Part shown: piece by piece, positions 28,116-37,620 of the stretch
Numbering within the stretch: position 1 is the stretch's first letter
How the letters are laid out: every line of letters begins with the position of its first letter
Assembly (NCBI GenBank): GCA_009659925.1
Contig: PUXW01000008.1
Span: 3,398 to 67,397, forward strand
From: Nitratiruptor sp.
GTDB lineage: Bacteria > Campylobacterota > Campylobacteria > Campylobacterales > Nitratiruptoraceae
DNA: 64,000 nucleotides
Direction: 5' to 3'
Program-made: the position numbers and the translations under genes
Notes under the pieces: generated by a model
What the model was told of the DNA's origin: nothing
What the model saw: the letters and a program-made list of their open reading frames with translations, nothing else
Database searches by the model: none

Positions 28116-29319
28116 GGCGCACCCCCTGGAGGTAGACGACCTCGGGTTTGTGGGTGTGGAGGATCAGGTGGAGGTAGAGCTCTTCGACCACCTCCAGATC
28201 CTCGGGAATTTGAACGATTTGCAAGTCGGCGAAGTTGCCTGCCTCCAAGGTTCCACTGGCAAAGCCAAGGCGCTTGGCCCATGTGGTGGCTTGAACCAGG
28301 AGCTCCTTGGCGAAGGAGAGGGCTGGATAGTCGGGATGGAGGAAGAGGGCGGCCCGAAGTTCGTCATACATGTTGAGGGAGTAGTTGGAGCTGAGTCCGT
28401 CGGTGGCGATGGAGTAGGGAATGGCCCGGGCCTTGAGGCGGTCGAGATCGAGAACCCCATTGCCAAGGAGCCTGTTGGATCTGGGGCAGTGGACGATGGC
28501 GTGACCCTCCTGGGCGATGAGGTCTAATTCGGCATCGTTGGCCCAGACACTGTGGACCACGAGGGTTTGAAGGTCGTGGAAGAGCTGGAGGAACTCCAGG
28601 GGGCGGTTGGCTGCTTTGCGCTGGTTGAGGAACTTCTCGAAGAATTGGCGAAAATCGCCACTATCGCTATCGAGCCACTCCCGCTCGGCCCGGCTCTCCA
28701 TGAAGTGGAGGCTCACCAAGGTCTCCTCCTTGCGAGCCAGCTCCAGGGCCTTCTTGGCTAGCACATAGTGGACCGCGTAGGGGGAGTGGATCGCCACACA
28801 GGCCCGGAACCGCTCCCCTTCGTACTTTTTGGCCCGGTAGTAGCGGTGGAGGAAGTCGCTGTAGAGGATGTCGGCGGCACCAGGATTGGATCCGATGATC
28901 TCACTGAAGTAGGCCACATTGAGGCCTGAACGCACCGCCGCCTCCAGATCCCCCCCATAGCTGCTGATGGCTCCGATCGTCGTGGTTCCGCTGGAGAGGA
29001 TCTCTTCGATGGCCCACTCCAGACAGGCCTCATCACACCTGGGGATAAGCCGCTCCCGGTGGCGGATAACGCTCTCAAGCCAGACGATGAAGTCCCCATA
29101 GCTTAATGTAGCCCGGTTGGCGCTAAATTCCAAGTGGAGGTGGGGGTTGCAAAAGCCTGGGAGAATGGCCCTTCCTGGATAGTGGTGGAGGGTGGCTTTG
29201 GGGTAGCGTTCCTGGAGATTGGGCCCTATTTCGACGATGCGACCCCCATCGATGGCCAGATCGACCCCTTGGAGGATCTCTTCTGGGGTGAGGAGGTAGG
29301 AAGCTTTGAGAATCTCCAT
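28105..29319 (-). CDS. amidohydrolase, aminodeoxyfutalosine-deaminase-like
   Basis: 'GFCNPHLHLEFS' HxH metal motif and 'VHC' / 'ATDG' late motifs. The position between sppA and aroQ matches what I recall for Campylobacter/Helicobacter. Confidence 0.65.
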   Translation of the reverse strand: MEILKASYLLTPEEILQGVDLAIDGGRIVEIGPNLQERYPKATLHHYPGRAILPGFCNPHLHLEFSANRATLSYGDFIVWLESVIRHRERLIPRCDEACLEWAIEEILSSGTTTIGAISSYGGDLEAAVRSGLNVAYFSEIIGSNPGAADILYSDFLHRYYRAKKYEGERFRACVAIHSPYAVHYVLAKKALELARKEETLVSLHFMESRAEREWLDSDSGDFRQFFEKFLNQRKAANRPLEFLQLFHDLQTLVVHSVWANDAELDLIAQEGHAIVHCPRSNRLLGNGVLDLDRLKARAIPYSIATDGLSSNYSLNMYDELRAALFLHPDYPALSFAKELLVQATTWAKRLGFASGTLEAGNFADLQIVQIPEDLEVVEELYLHLILHTHKPEVVYLQGVRHGK

Positions 29320-29350
29320 CCAACTCCTTTGAGGGATTTTAATAAAAAGT

Positions 29351-29359
29351 TGATATAAT
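29351..29359 (+). promoter_or_regulatory. candidate extended -10 (TGATATAAT) for aroQ
   Basis: A perfect TGnTATAAT 43 nt upstream of the aroQ ATG; a GGGAG SD follows. Confidence 0.4.
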
Positions 29360-29401
29360 CATACCTTAAAAATTACAACAGCAGCTACAAAGGGAGTTTT
29401 A

Positions 29402-29878
29402 ATGAAGGTGATGGTTATCCAGGGACCCAATCTCAACATGCTCGGCATCCGAGAACAGCAGATCTACGGGCCCATGAAGCTCGAAGAGATCCATGCTCAG
29501 ATGAAGGCCTTTGCCGACGCCAACAAGATGGATATCGAATTCTTCCAGAGCAACTTCGAAGGGGAGATCGTCGATAAGATCCAGGAGTGTCTGGGAGAAG
29601 CCGACGGAATCATCATCAACGCCGCGGCCCTCACCCATACCTCCATCGCCATCCGGGACGCCATTGCAGCGGTCCAGCTGCCCACCATCGAGGTGCACAT
29701 CAGCAATATCTACCGCCGGGAGGAGTTTCGCCAGAAGAGTATGATCGCTCCCGTGTGCGCTGGGGTGATCACCGGCTTTGGTCCCTTCAGTTACCATCTG
29801 GCCATGGTGGCTATGCGCCAGATCTTCAACGAAATCGAAGCGATCAAGGCCCAGCAAGAGCAGCAAAAGCGAGGCTAA
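29402..29878 (+). CDS. aroQ: type II 3-dehydroquinate dehydratase
   Basis: '[13 protein letters not shown]', '[11 protein letters not shown]' and 'EVHISNI' motifs. Confidence 0.9.
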   Translation: MKVMVIQGPNLNMLGIREQQIYGPMKLEEIHAQMKAFADANKMDIEFFQSNFEGEIVDKIQECLGEADGIIINAAALTHTSIAIRDAIAAVQLPTIEVHISNIYRREEFRQKSMIAPVCAGVITGFGPFSYHLAMVAMRQIFNEIEAIKAQQEQQKRG

Positions 29879-29884
29879 GGGATC

Positions 29885-30901
29885 GTGAATCTCATCTTCA
29901 AGAGCGAGAGCGCCCTTTTCTACGAGACCGGCTTTCGTTGCGACAACGCCCTCTTGCTCTCCTTGGGTCGGGAAGCCTTTTTCATCACCGATCCTCGATA
30001 CAGCGTTGAGGCCCGGGAGCAGGTTCGCGGGGCCGAGGTCCTTGAGGCTCGGGATATCTTTGCCAAGGCCAGGGAGCTCTTGCGCCGCCACAAGATCGCC
30101 AAGCTCTTCTACGATCCCAAGGAGTTCACCTGCGCCGAGATGGCAGCCCTTGGCAAGGGGGTGAAGACCTACTTCGCCAAGCGGCCCAACCTCTCCTGGG
30201 AGCGAAGGCTCATCAAGCGTCCAGAGGAGATCGAAGCGATCCAGCAGGCGGCCACCCTCAATGCCCAGGCCTTCCAAAGCTTCGCCGAGGCACTGGCCCA
30301 GGCCCAAGATCGCCCGGAATGGGAGCTCGCTTTCATGGCCGAAGAGGCCCTCCGCTATGGAGGACGCTACCAGTTGGCCTTTGAGCCTATCGTCGCCATT
30401 GGGGCCAATGCGGCCAAGCCCCATGCCAGCCCTTCCGATCGCCCCCTCAAGCCGGGGGATCTCCTCCTTTTCGATGGGGGGCTCAAGTACCAGGGGTATT
30501 GTTCCGATCGGACCCGGACGGCCCTCTTCGATGGAGGGATCACCTTTTCCAAGGAGCAGCGTTTCAAGGATCCCAAGATCCAGCGGGCCTACGATCTGGT
30601 GCGCAAAGCTCAGGAGGAGGCGATTCGAAGGGCCCGAAGCGGCATGCGGGCAAGGGATCTCGATCGGATCGCCCGCTCCATCATCGACGAGAGTGAGTTT
30701 GCGGGCACCTTTGTCCACTCCCTCGGCCATGGGGTCGGATTGGATATCCACGAGATGCCCTTCATCAATGGGCGCAACGACCAGATCATCGAGGATGGGA
30801 TGGTCTTCACCATCGAGCCTGGGATCTACGTGCCTGGGGCCTTTGGAATTCGCATCGAGGATATGGTCGTCATGGAGTCGGGACGGGCGAGAGTGTTATG
30901 A
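29885..30901 (+). CDS. M24-family Xaa-Pro aminopeptidase
   Basis: 'FDGGLKYQGYCSDRTRT', 'HSLGHGVGLDIHE' and 'TIEPGIY' metal-ligand motifs; GTG start. Confidence 0.85.
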   Translation: MNLIFKSESALFYETGFRCDNALLLSLGREAFFITDPRYSVEAREQVRGAEVLEARDIFAKARELLRRHKIAKLFYDPKEFTCAEMAALGKGVKTYFAKRPNLSWERRLIKRPEEIEAIQQAATLNAQAFQSFAEALAQAQDRPEWELAFMAEEALRYGGRYQLAFEPIVAIGANAAKPHASPSDRPLKPGDLLLFDGGLKYQGYCSDRTRTALFDGGITFSKEQRFKDPKIQRAYDLVRKAQEEAIRRARSGMRARDLDRIARSIIDESEFAGTFVHSLGHGVGLDIHEMPFINGRNDQIIEDGMVFTIEPGIYVPGAFGIRIEDMVVMESGRARVL

Positions 30902-31383
30902 GACGCACAATCGATAGAGAGCGGATCCTCTTCTTCTGGCCGACATTTCCAGCCCGCTTCCACGCTCCAACCCGGGGACGGATTGCCCTAGTTGGAGTTG
31001 GCGGTAACCTGGGACCCGTCTTGCGCCGTTTCAAGAAATTGGCCACCATCCTCGCCTCCCATCCGAGGGTGCGCCTCCTGGCTACGGCCCCCATCTTGCG
31101 CAACCCTCCCTTTGGTTACCGGGACCAACCGGACTTTTTCAACACCCTCTTCCTCGTGCAAACCAGCCTCCCTCCCAGAAGGCTCTTGCACTTTCTCCTC
31201 TGGCTGGAGAGGCGTTTCAAACGGGAGCGTCCCTTCCCCAACGCCCCCAGAACCCTCGATCTGGACATCATCTTCTACGAGGAGTGTCACGTCGACGAAC
31301 CGAAATTGACCATCCCCCATCCACACTGGATGGAGCGGGAGTCTGTTATAATACCACTACGATACTTGGGAGAGATTGGATGA
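30898..31383 (+). CDS. folK: 2-amino-4-hydroxy-6-hydroxymethyldihydropteridine diphosphokinase
   Basis: 'RTLDLDIIFY' and 'LTIPHPHWMERE' HPPK motifs. Confidence 0.85.
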   Translation: MRRTIDRERILFFWPTFPARFHAPTRGRIALVGVGGNLGPVLRRFKKLATILASHPRVRLLATAPILRNPPFGYRDQPDFFNTLFLVQTSLPPRRLLHFLLWLERRFKRERPFPNAPRTLDLDIIFYEECHVDEPKLTIPHPHWMERESVIIPLRYLGEIG

Positions 31384-32186
31384 GATTCATAACCATTACC
31401 AGCGGTAAGGGTGGTGTAGGTAAGAGTACGTTGGCAGCGAACATCTCCTATCTACTCTCGATCTACGGTTATAAAGTGGCCCTCTTCGATGCCGACATCG
31501 GTCTTGCCAACCAGGACATCATCCTCGGAGTGCGCCCCCAGAAGACCTTGCTCCATGTCCTCCAGGGGGAGGCCACCTTCGACGACATCGTGATGGAGAT
31601 CAACAACAACTTCCTCTTCATCCCTGGAGAAAATAGCGAGAAGATCCTCTCCTTCAAACATGCCGAGATCAAGGAGAGCTTTTACAAGGGGATGGAGGGG
31701 GTCGAGCGCTTTAAAGATTTGGACTACCTCATCATCGATACCGGGGCCGGTATCGACCAGAATGTCCGGACCTTCATCGAAGCGGCTACCGATACCATCA
31801 TCGTCACCATGCCCAACCCGATGGCCATCATGGATGCCTACACCCTGGCCAAGTATAGCGCCAAACTCCAGGAGGACATCTACATCGTCGTCAACCAGGC
31901 AAAGAGCGAGAAGGATGGAAAGGAGGTCTTCGAGCGAATCGAACGGGTTGCCAAGAAGCATCTGCCCGATGTCAATATCGAATTCCTCGGAGCCGTGGAG
32001 CAAAGCAGTATCATCGACGATGCCACCCGTCAACGCAAGCTCGTGGTCAAGGATTTTCAAAATAGCGTGCCAGCCATCCAGATCTCCAATATCGTCAAGA
32101 AGCTCACCAACAACTTGACCAAAGATGGGGAGCACATCAAAGATACCCCCCACATCTCCGTCTACTTCCGACGGCTTTTTGGGTGA
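31380..32186 (+). CDS. MinD/ParA-family ATPase, FlhG-like
   Basis: Deviant Walker A 'SGKGGVGKST', 'DADIGLAN', 'IIDTGAG' and a C-terminal amphipathic 'ISVYFRRLFG'. Start set at MRFITITSGKGG, with an ATGA overlap on the folK stop. Confidence 0.75.
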   Translation: MRFITITSGKGGVGKSTLAANISYLLSIYGYKVALFDADIGLANQDIILGVRPQKTLLHVLQGEATFDDIVMEINNNFLFIPGENSEKILSFKHAEIKESFYKGMEGVERFKDLDYLIIDTGAGIDQNVRTFIEAATDTIIVTMPNPMAIMDAYTLAKYSAKLQEDIYIVVNQAKSEKDGKEVFERIERVAKKHLPDVNIEFLGAVEQSSIIDDATRQRKLVVKDFQNSVPAIQISNIVKKLTNNLTKDGEHIKDTPHISVYFRRLFG

Positions 32187-32189
32187 TCC

Positions 32190-33212
32190 ATGGGGCGAGA
32201 GCAGGTTCTCGTGGCCCTGAGTGGAGGGGTCGATAGTAGCTACACTGCCAAACTCCTCCAAGACCAGGGTTACGACGTGGTGGGGGTCTATATGAAGTTC
32301 CACCCCAACGAGGCCTACCACGAGAAGAATATCGCCAACATCGAGCGGGTGGCCAAGCTCTTGGGGATTTCCTACCATGTCTTGGATCGCACCGAGGAGT
32401 TTGGCGAGCGGGTCTACAAACCCTTCGTCGAAGGGTATATGGCAGGGCTCACCCCCAACCCGTGTGCATTGTGCAACCGGGTCATGAAGTTCACCGAGCT
32501 CATCGGCTTTGCCGACGAGCTTGGCATCGAGCGGGTGGCCACGGGCCACTATGCCAAGACCGATGGTCACTTCATCTACGAGGGCAGGGACAAGGGCAAG
32601 GATCAGAGCTACTTCCTCTTCAACCTCAAGCCCGAATTTCTCCCCCGGATCCTCTTTCCCCTCGGGGACAAGCTCAAGGAGGAGATCAAACGGGAAGCGA
32701 TGCAAATCGAGTTGCTGCGCTCCATTGCCCAGCAAAAGGAGTCCAGCGAGATCTGTTTCGTGGAAAAGAGCTACATCGATCTGCTTCAAGAACACACCCA
32801 GGTAGACAGACCTGGCGAGGTGGTCGATAGGAGGGGGCGGGTCATCGGCGAGCACAAGGGCTACATGCACTACACCATCGGTAAACGCAAGGGCTTTCGG
32901 GTCTTCAAGGCCCGCCATCCCCACTATGTCCTCGATATCATTCCTGAACTCAATCGAATCGTCGTGGGTCCCAAGGAGCAGCTCAAGCGCCAGCGGATCA
33001 TCTTGCGGGGGCTCAATATGTTCACCGACCAAAAGCGCTTGGAGTGCAGCGTGAAGATCCGCTACCGCACCCACAAGGTGCCAGCCAAGGTGACCATCGA
33101 CGAAAATATGGCGGTGGTAGAGGTCCTCGAGCCTGTCTACGGGGTGGCCAAGGGGCAAGCCTGCGTCTTTTACGATGGGGAGAGGGTCCTTGGTGGCGGG
33201 TGGATTGTGTGA
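32190..33212 (+). CDS. mnmA: tRNA 2-thiouridine(34) synthase
   Basis: PP-loop 'VALSGGVDSS', 'NPCALCNR' and 'DQSYFL' motifs. Confidence 0.9.
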   Translation: MGREQVLVALSGGVDSSYTAKLLQDQGYDVVGVYMKFHPNEAYHEKNIANIERVAKLLGISYHVLDRTEEFGERVYKPFVEGYMAGLTPNPCALCNRVMKFTELIGFADELGIERVATGHYAKTDGHFIYEGRDKGKDQSYFLFNLKPEFLPRILFPLGDKLKEEIKREAMQIELLRSIAQQKESSEICFVEKSYIDLLQEHTQVDRPGEVVDRRGRVIGEHKGYMHYTIGKRKGFRVFKARHPHYVLDIIPELNRIVVGPKEQLKRQRIILRGLNMFTDQKRLECSVKIRYRTHKVPAKVTIDENMAVVEVLEPVYGVAKGQACVFYDGERVLGGGWIV

Positions 33213-33218
33213 TACAAT
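33210..33218 (+). promoter_or_regulatory. candidate extended -10 (TGATACAAT) for prs
   Basis: It overlaps the mnmA stop, lies 25 nt upstream of the prs ATG, and is followed by an AGGAG SD. Confidence 0.3.
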
Positions 33219-33242
33219 TGGGAAAAAGTTATAGGAGCGATA

Positions 33243-34172
33243 ATGCGCGGTTATAAGATCTTCAGCGGGACGGCCCATCCAAGTTTTGCCGAGGAAATGG
33301 TCCAGTACCTGGGACTTCCCCTCTCTAAGGCCCATATCTCTCGGTTTAGCGATGGGGAGATTAGCGTTCAAATCGGCGAGAGCGTTCGGGGACGGGATGT
33401 CTTCATCGTCCAACCAACGGGGGCACCGGCCAATGCCAACTTGATGGAGCTGCTGATCATGACCGACGCCCTGCGCCGGGCCAGTGCCGCCTCCATCACC
33501 GCCGTCGTCCCCTATTTCGGCTATGCCAGGCAGGATCGCAAAGCCGCTCCCAGGGTTCCTATTACCGCCAAGCTGGTGGCCAATTTGATGGAAAAGGCCG
33601 GCATCACCCGGGTCATCACGATGGATCTACACGCAGGCCAGATCCAAGGTTTCTTCGACATTCCAGTGGACAACCTCTACGGGGCCATCATCTTCAAAGA
33701 GTATGTGAAGAACAAGAATCTCCCCAACCCCATCATCGCCAGCCCCGACATCGGTGGGGTAGCCAGGGCCAGGTACTTTGCCCAGAAACTGGGCTATGAC
33801 ATGGTGATCGTGGACAAGCGTCGGGAAAAGGCCAACGAATCGGAGGTGATGAACATCATCGGCGAGGTGGAGGGCAAGGATGTGATCCTGGTGGACGATA
33901 TGATCGATACGGCCGGGACCATCGTCAAAGCCGCTGCCGCCTTGAAGGAGCGGGGGGCCAATTCGGTGATGGCCTGCTGCACCCACCCGGTCCTCAGCGG
34001 TCCAGCCTACCAGCGCATCGAGGAGGGGGAACTGGACGAGCTGGTGGTCACCAACACCCTCCCTTTAAAAAGAGAGTCTCCCAAGATCAAGGTCTTGAGT
34101 GTCGCCAATCTCTTTGGGGAAGTGATTCGACGGGTCTATTTCAACGAGAGTGTCAATAGTCTCTTTGTGTGA
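33243..34172 (+). CDS. prs: ribose-phosphate pyrophosphokinase
   Basis: 'FSDGEI', 'YFGYARQDRK' and 'VDDMIDTAGT' motifs. Confidence 0.95.
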   Translation: MRGYKIFSGTAHPSFAEEMVQYLGLPLSKAHISRFSDGEISVQIGESVRGRDVFIVQPTGAPANANLMELLIMTDALRRASAASITAVVPYFGYARQDRKAAPRVPITAKLVANLMEKAGITRVITMDLHAGQIQGFFDIPVDNLYGAIIFKEYVKNKNLPNPIIASPDIGGVARARYFAQKLGYDMVIVDKRREKANESEVMNIIGEVEGKDVILVDDMIDTAGTIVKAAAALKERGANSVMACCTHPVLSGPAYQRIEEGELDELVVTNTLPLKRESPKIKVLSVANLFGEVIRRVYFNESVNSLFV

Positions 34173-34435
34173 GGAATGAAGTGGCGAAAATCGACGAGGT
34201 CAAAGAGGAGATCGCCTTTTTGAAGGTTTGGCTTGGGATTTTGGTCGTTACCCTATTTGGAATGGTGGATCAATTCCTCTTGGTGATGGACTTTGTCGGA
34301 ATTCTCATTCTTAGTGGCGTCGTTTTAAAATTGAATTTCGCTATCATAGAAGAGGGAATTGTAAATGGAGGTTGCAATGGAGTATCTCTTTGCTATAGCT
34401 TTAGCCATCGCCATAGCGGTTATCACATACAGTAG
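34169..34435 (+). CDS. hypothetical small membrane protein (doubtful)
   Basis: GTG-start ORF with two hydrophobic segments ([35 protein letters not shown]) in a lower-GC patch. Its C-terminal third looks non-protein-like and is overlapped by a better-signalled mini-ORF. Confidence 0.25.
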   Translation: MRNEVAKIDEVKEEIAFLKVWLGILVVTLFGMVDQFLLVMDFVGILILSGVVLKLNFAIIEEGIVNGGCNGVSLCYSFSHRHSGYHIQ

Positions 34436-34464
34436 CATCAAAGCCTATCAAATTTAGGATTGCA

Positions 34465-36255
34465 ATGGACAACATCCGCAACTTTTCCATCATCGCCCAT
34501 ATCGACCATGGCAAATCGACCCTGGCCGATCGGCTCATCCAGGAGTGTGGGGCCATCGATGAGCGCAAGATGAGCGACCAGGTGATGGATACGATGGAGA
34601 TCGAAAAGGAGCGGGGCATTACCATCAAGGCCCAGAGTGTGCGTCTGACCTACAAGAAGGATGGCAAGGAGTATATCCTCAACCTCATCGACACACCGGG
34701 CCATGTGGACTTTAGCTACGAGGTAAGCCGCTCCCTGGCCTCCAGCGAGGGGGCCCTACTGGTTGTCGATGCCAGCCAGGGGGTCGAGGCCCAGACCATC
34801 GCCAACGTCTACATCGCTTTGGAGAACGACTTGGAGCTCATCCCCGTTATCAACAAGATCGATCTTCCTGCTGCCGATCCGGACCGGGTCAAGGAGGATA
34901 TCGAAAACACCATCGGGCTTGATTGCACCGACGCCCTGGAGGTGAGCGCTAAGACGGGCCAGGGGATCAAGGAGCTGCTGGATGCCATTGTCGAGCGCAT
35001 CCCCCCACCCAAAGGAGATCCCAAGGCCCCCACTAAGGCCTTGATCTACGATAGCTGGTTCGATAGTTACTTGGGGGCCTTGGCCCTGGTGCGGGTTTTC
35101 GATGGCTCCATTAAGAAGGGCCAAGAGCTCCTCATCATGGGTACAGGCAAAAGACACGAGGTCCTCGATCTCATGTACCCCCATCCCATCAGCCCCCAAA
35201 AGACCGACGAGCTTAAAACTGGAGAAATTGGCATCGTCGTCCTGGGGCTCAAGAACATCAAGGATGTGCAAGTCGGCGATACCATCACCGATGCCAAGAA
35301 CCCAACCAAGGAGGCGATCGCAGGCTTCGAGGAGGCCAAGCCCTTCGTCTTCGCCGGACTCTATCCCATCGATACCGACAAGTTCGAGGACTTACGGGAG
35401 GCATTGGATAAACTCAAGCTCAACGACGCGGCTATTAGCTACGAGCCTGAGACTTCGGCGGCCCTTGGCTTTGGGTTTCGGGTGGGCTTTTTGGGATTGC
35501 TGCACATGGAGGTGGTCAAGGAGCGCTTGGAGCGCGAGTTTGGCCTCGAGCTCATCGCTACCGCCCCGACCGTGACCTACCGGGTGGAAAGAAGCGACGG
35601 GAGGCTGATCGAGATCCAAAATCCCAGCGAACTGCCCCCACCCCAGGAGATCGTCAAGATCTACGAGCCCTACGTCAAGGCGACCATCATCGTCCCCAGC
35701 GAGTTTTTGGGTAACGTGATCACCCTGGTCAACGAGAAGCGGGGGGTCCAGACCAAGATGGAGTACATCACCCAGGATCGGGTGCTCCTCGAATATGAGA
35801 TCCCGATGAACGAGATCGTCATGGACTTCTATGACAAGCTCAAGACGGTGACCAAGGGGTATGCCAGCTTCGATTACGAGCCCAGTGGCTACAAGGAGGG
35901 GGATCTGGTCAAGCTCGACATTCGGGTGGCGGGAGAGCCTGTGGATGCCCTCTCCATCATCGTCCCCCGTGAAAAGGCCTACTACAAGGGGCGGGAGCTG
36001 GTCAAGAAGATGAAGGAGCTCGTCCCCCGCCAGCTTTTCGAGGTGGCCATTCAAGCCAGTATCGGCAACAAGATCATCGCCCGGGAGACGGTGAGTGCCC
36101 TGCGCAAGAATGTGACCGCCAAGTGTTATGGCGGAGATATCACCCGCAAGCGCAAACTCTTGGAGAAGCAAAAGGAGGGGAAGAAGCGGATGAAGGCGAT
36201 TGGCAAGGTCCACCTCCCCCAGGAGGCCTTTTTGAGCGTGCTCAAAATCGACTGA
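34465..36255 (+). CDS. lepA: elongation factor 4
   Basis: '[18 protein letters not shown]', 'DTPGHVDF' and 'NKIDL' motifs, and a LepA C-terminal 'GKKRMK' region. Confidence 0.95.
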   Translation: MDNIRNFSIIAHIDHGKSTLADRLIQECGAIDERKMSDQVMDTMEIEKERGITIKAQSVRLTYKKDGKEYILNLIDTPGHVDFSYEVSRSLASSEGALLVVDASQGVEAQTIANVYIALENDLELIPVINKIDLPAADPDRVKEDIENTIGLDCTDALEVSAKTGQGIKELLDAIVERIPPPKGDPKAPTKALIYDSWFDSYLGALALVRVFDGSIKKGQELLIMGTGKRHEVLDLMYPHPISPQKTDELKTGEIGIVVLGLKNIKDVQVGDTITDAKNPTKEAIAGFEEAKPFVFAGLYPIDTDKFEDLREALDKLKLNDAAISYEPETSAALGFGFRVGFLGLLHMEVVKERLEREFGLELIATAPTVTYRVERSDGRLIEIQNPSELPPPQEIVKIYEPYVKATIIVPSEFLGNVITLVNEKRGVQTKMEYITQDRVLLEYEIPMNEIVMDFYDKLKTVTKGYASFDYEPSGYKEGDLVKLDIRVAGEPVDALSIIVPREKAYYKGRELVKKMKELVPRQLFEVAIQASIGNKIIARETVSALRKNVTAKCYGGDITRKRKLLEKQKEGKKRMKAIGKVHLPQEAFLSVLKID

Positions 36256-36719
36256 TGCCCCTTATCGCCCTTTTGCTCCTTTTCCTTGGCTGTGCTCCCA
36301 AGCTCCCCCCCCTCCACCTCCAGCTTCCCAAACAAGAGCAGAAGGCTCCCATCACCATCGTCAACCACCTCCCCCGCCCCTGGGTGGTGGGCTTCATTGA
36401 AAGGTCCTGGAACCCCATCACCATCGATGGAGATATCGGGGCCTACTTCAAAGCTAAACTCCCCTCTCTGCTTCCCCAACTTCCCCCAACCACCATCCAT
36501 ATCGAGACCTTTCGCATCCTCGTGCAAAGGGATCGAGCCCTAGGAGAGCTTCAAACCCGCTTGGAGGTGGCGCGAAAGGGGAATCTCTCCATCAAGAGGA
36601 TCCGGGTGGTTCAGGTGGCCCCTGTTGGTGCCAACCTCCAGGCAGATCTGCAGCGCCTCCTCCACCAGCTCCTCGATCAAAGTCTTCAGGAGATGGCCCG
36701 TGCGCTGTCTCGTATGTGA
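36255..36719 (+). CDS. hypothetical lipoprotein
   Basis: '[13 protein letters not shown]' signal peptide with lipobox. The ATG overlaps the lepA stop (TGATG). The track's 36123 start lies inside lepA. Confidence 0.55.
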   Translation: MPLIALLLLFLGCAPKLPPLHLQLPKQEQKAPITIVNHLPRPWVVGFIERSWNPITIDGDIGAYFKAKLPSLLPQLPPTTIHIETFRILVQRDRALGELQTRLEVARKGNLSIKRIRVVQVAPVGANLQADLQRLLHQLLDQSLQEMARALSRM

Positions 36720-37263
36720 GGGGTGGAGCTGGGTTTTAATCTGCTCTTCGTGCCAGGAGCACCTGCTCACTCCCACCCCCCGTCGCCGTCAACTCCTCCC
36801 AGACTTTCCCGTCTACAGTTTCTACGGCTACAGCGAGATCGAGCCCCTCATCAAGACCAAGGAGCTCCAGATTGGGTGGGAGGTCTTCACCATCCTTGCA
36901 GCCCGCTCCTTTCGCCCCTTTGCCCAGGCCCATCCCATCGAGGCCTTTGCCATCCCCATTGATGACCGGATCGATAAGGGGTGGAGCCACACTGCCATCT
37001 TGGCCAGGGCGCTGAAGAGTTCCACCATCAAGCCCCGCTATGCCACCCTCCAGGCGGGCAGCCGGGTTCGCTACACCGGCAAGGATCGCTCCTTCCGCCT
37101 CCAAAACCCCCGGCGCTTCCGCTACACTGGCCCCAAGGCTCCCATCATCCTCGTGGACGATGTGCTCACCACGGGCACAACCCTCCAAGAGGCCTACCAG
37201 GTGGCCAGGGGTGCTGGAGCCTTGCCCCTCTTTGGCCTGGTCTTGGCCGATGCCAGGTGGTAG
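36700..37263 (+). CDS. ComF-family phosphoribosyltransferase-domain protein (ComFC-like)
   Basis: N-terminal 'CLVCEG...ICSSC' zinc-finger-like pairs and a C-terminal PRT motif 'IILVDDVLTTGTT'. GTG 36700 was chosen; the track's 36625 overlaps the lipoprotein gene. Confidence 0.7.
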   Translation: MRCLVCEGWSWVLICSSCQEHLLTPTPRRRQLLPDFPVYSFYGYSEIEPLIKTKELQIGWEVFTILAARSFRPFAQAHPIEAFAIPIDDRIDKGWSHTAILARALKSSTIKPRYATLQAGSRVRYTGKDRSFRLQNPRRFRYTGPKAPIILVDDVLTTGTTLQEAYQVARGAGALPLFGLVLADARW

Positions 37264-37593
37264 CTAGAGAATTCCCCGAATGTAGTAGGTGCGCTGGTAT
37301 TCAACCTCCTCCAGGGTGATGTTGTACTTGGAGGCCCACTTGTGGAGCTCTTCGAGGGAGCGTTGGATGGAGGTCGGGTTGGAGTGGTCGATCTTGACCT
37401 TGAGGTAGGGGTGGGAGCTGGAAAAGGTCACATAGCTTCCATAGGGTTTGAGGTGGTCCACTAGGGCTACGATGTGGCGTTGGATCGCCGGAAACCCTGG
37501 AGTATGCTCCTTGACCAGGTTGAGCTGGCGCAAAGTGGCCGCTTCAGGGAGGAAACCCAATTGTGTTACAATACCCTCGTCGCTTATATGCAT
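37264..37593 (-). CDS. hypothetical protein (109 aa)
   Basis: Start set at MHISDEG (ATG 37593). The track's longer version runs antisense into modA. No motif was recognised. Confidence 0.4.
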   Translation of the reverse strand: MHISDEGIVTQLGFLPEAATLRQLNLVKEHTPGFPAIQRHIVALVDHLKPYGSYVTFSSSHPYLKVKIDHSNPTSIQRSLEELHKWASKYNITLEEVEYQRTYYIRGIL

Positions 37594-37620
37594 CAAAACC
37601 CCTTTTCTTGAAGGATCGCA

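Noticed and set aside
29399-30751. 450-aa minus-strand ORF antisense to aroQ and the M24 peptidase
   Set aside because: Same GC-bias artefact: no start context and no motifs, and it shadows two genes with clear catalytic signatures.
31452-33413. 653-aa minus-strand ORF antisense to the flhG-like gene and mnmA
   Set aside because: Its translation is Leu/Gly/Asp/Val/His-rich low-complexity sequence with no motifs. It is fully antisense to two well-supported genes. In GC-rich, GC3-biased coding DNA the antisense frames lack stop codons.
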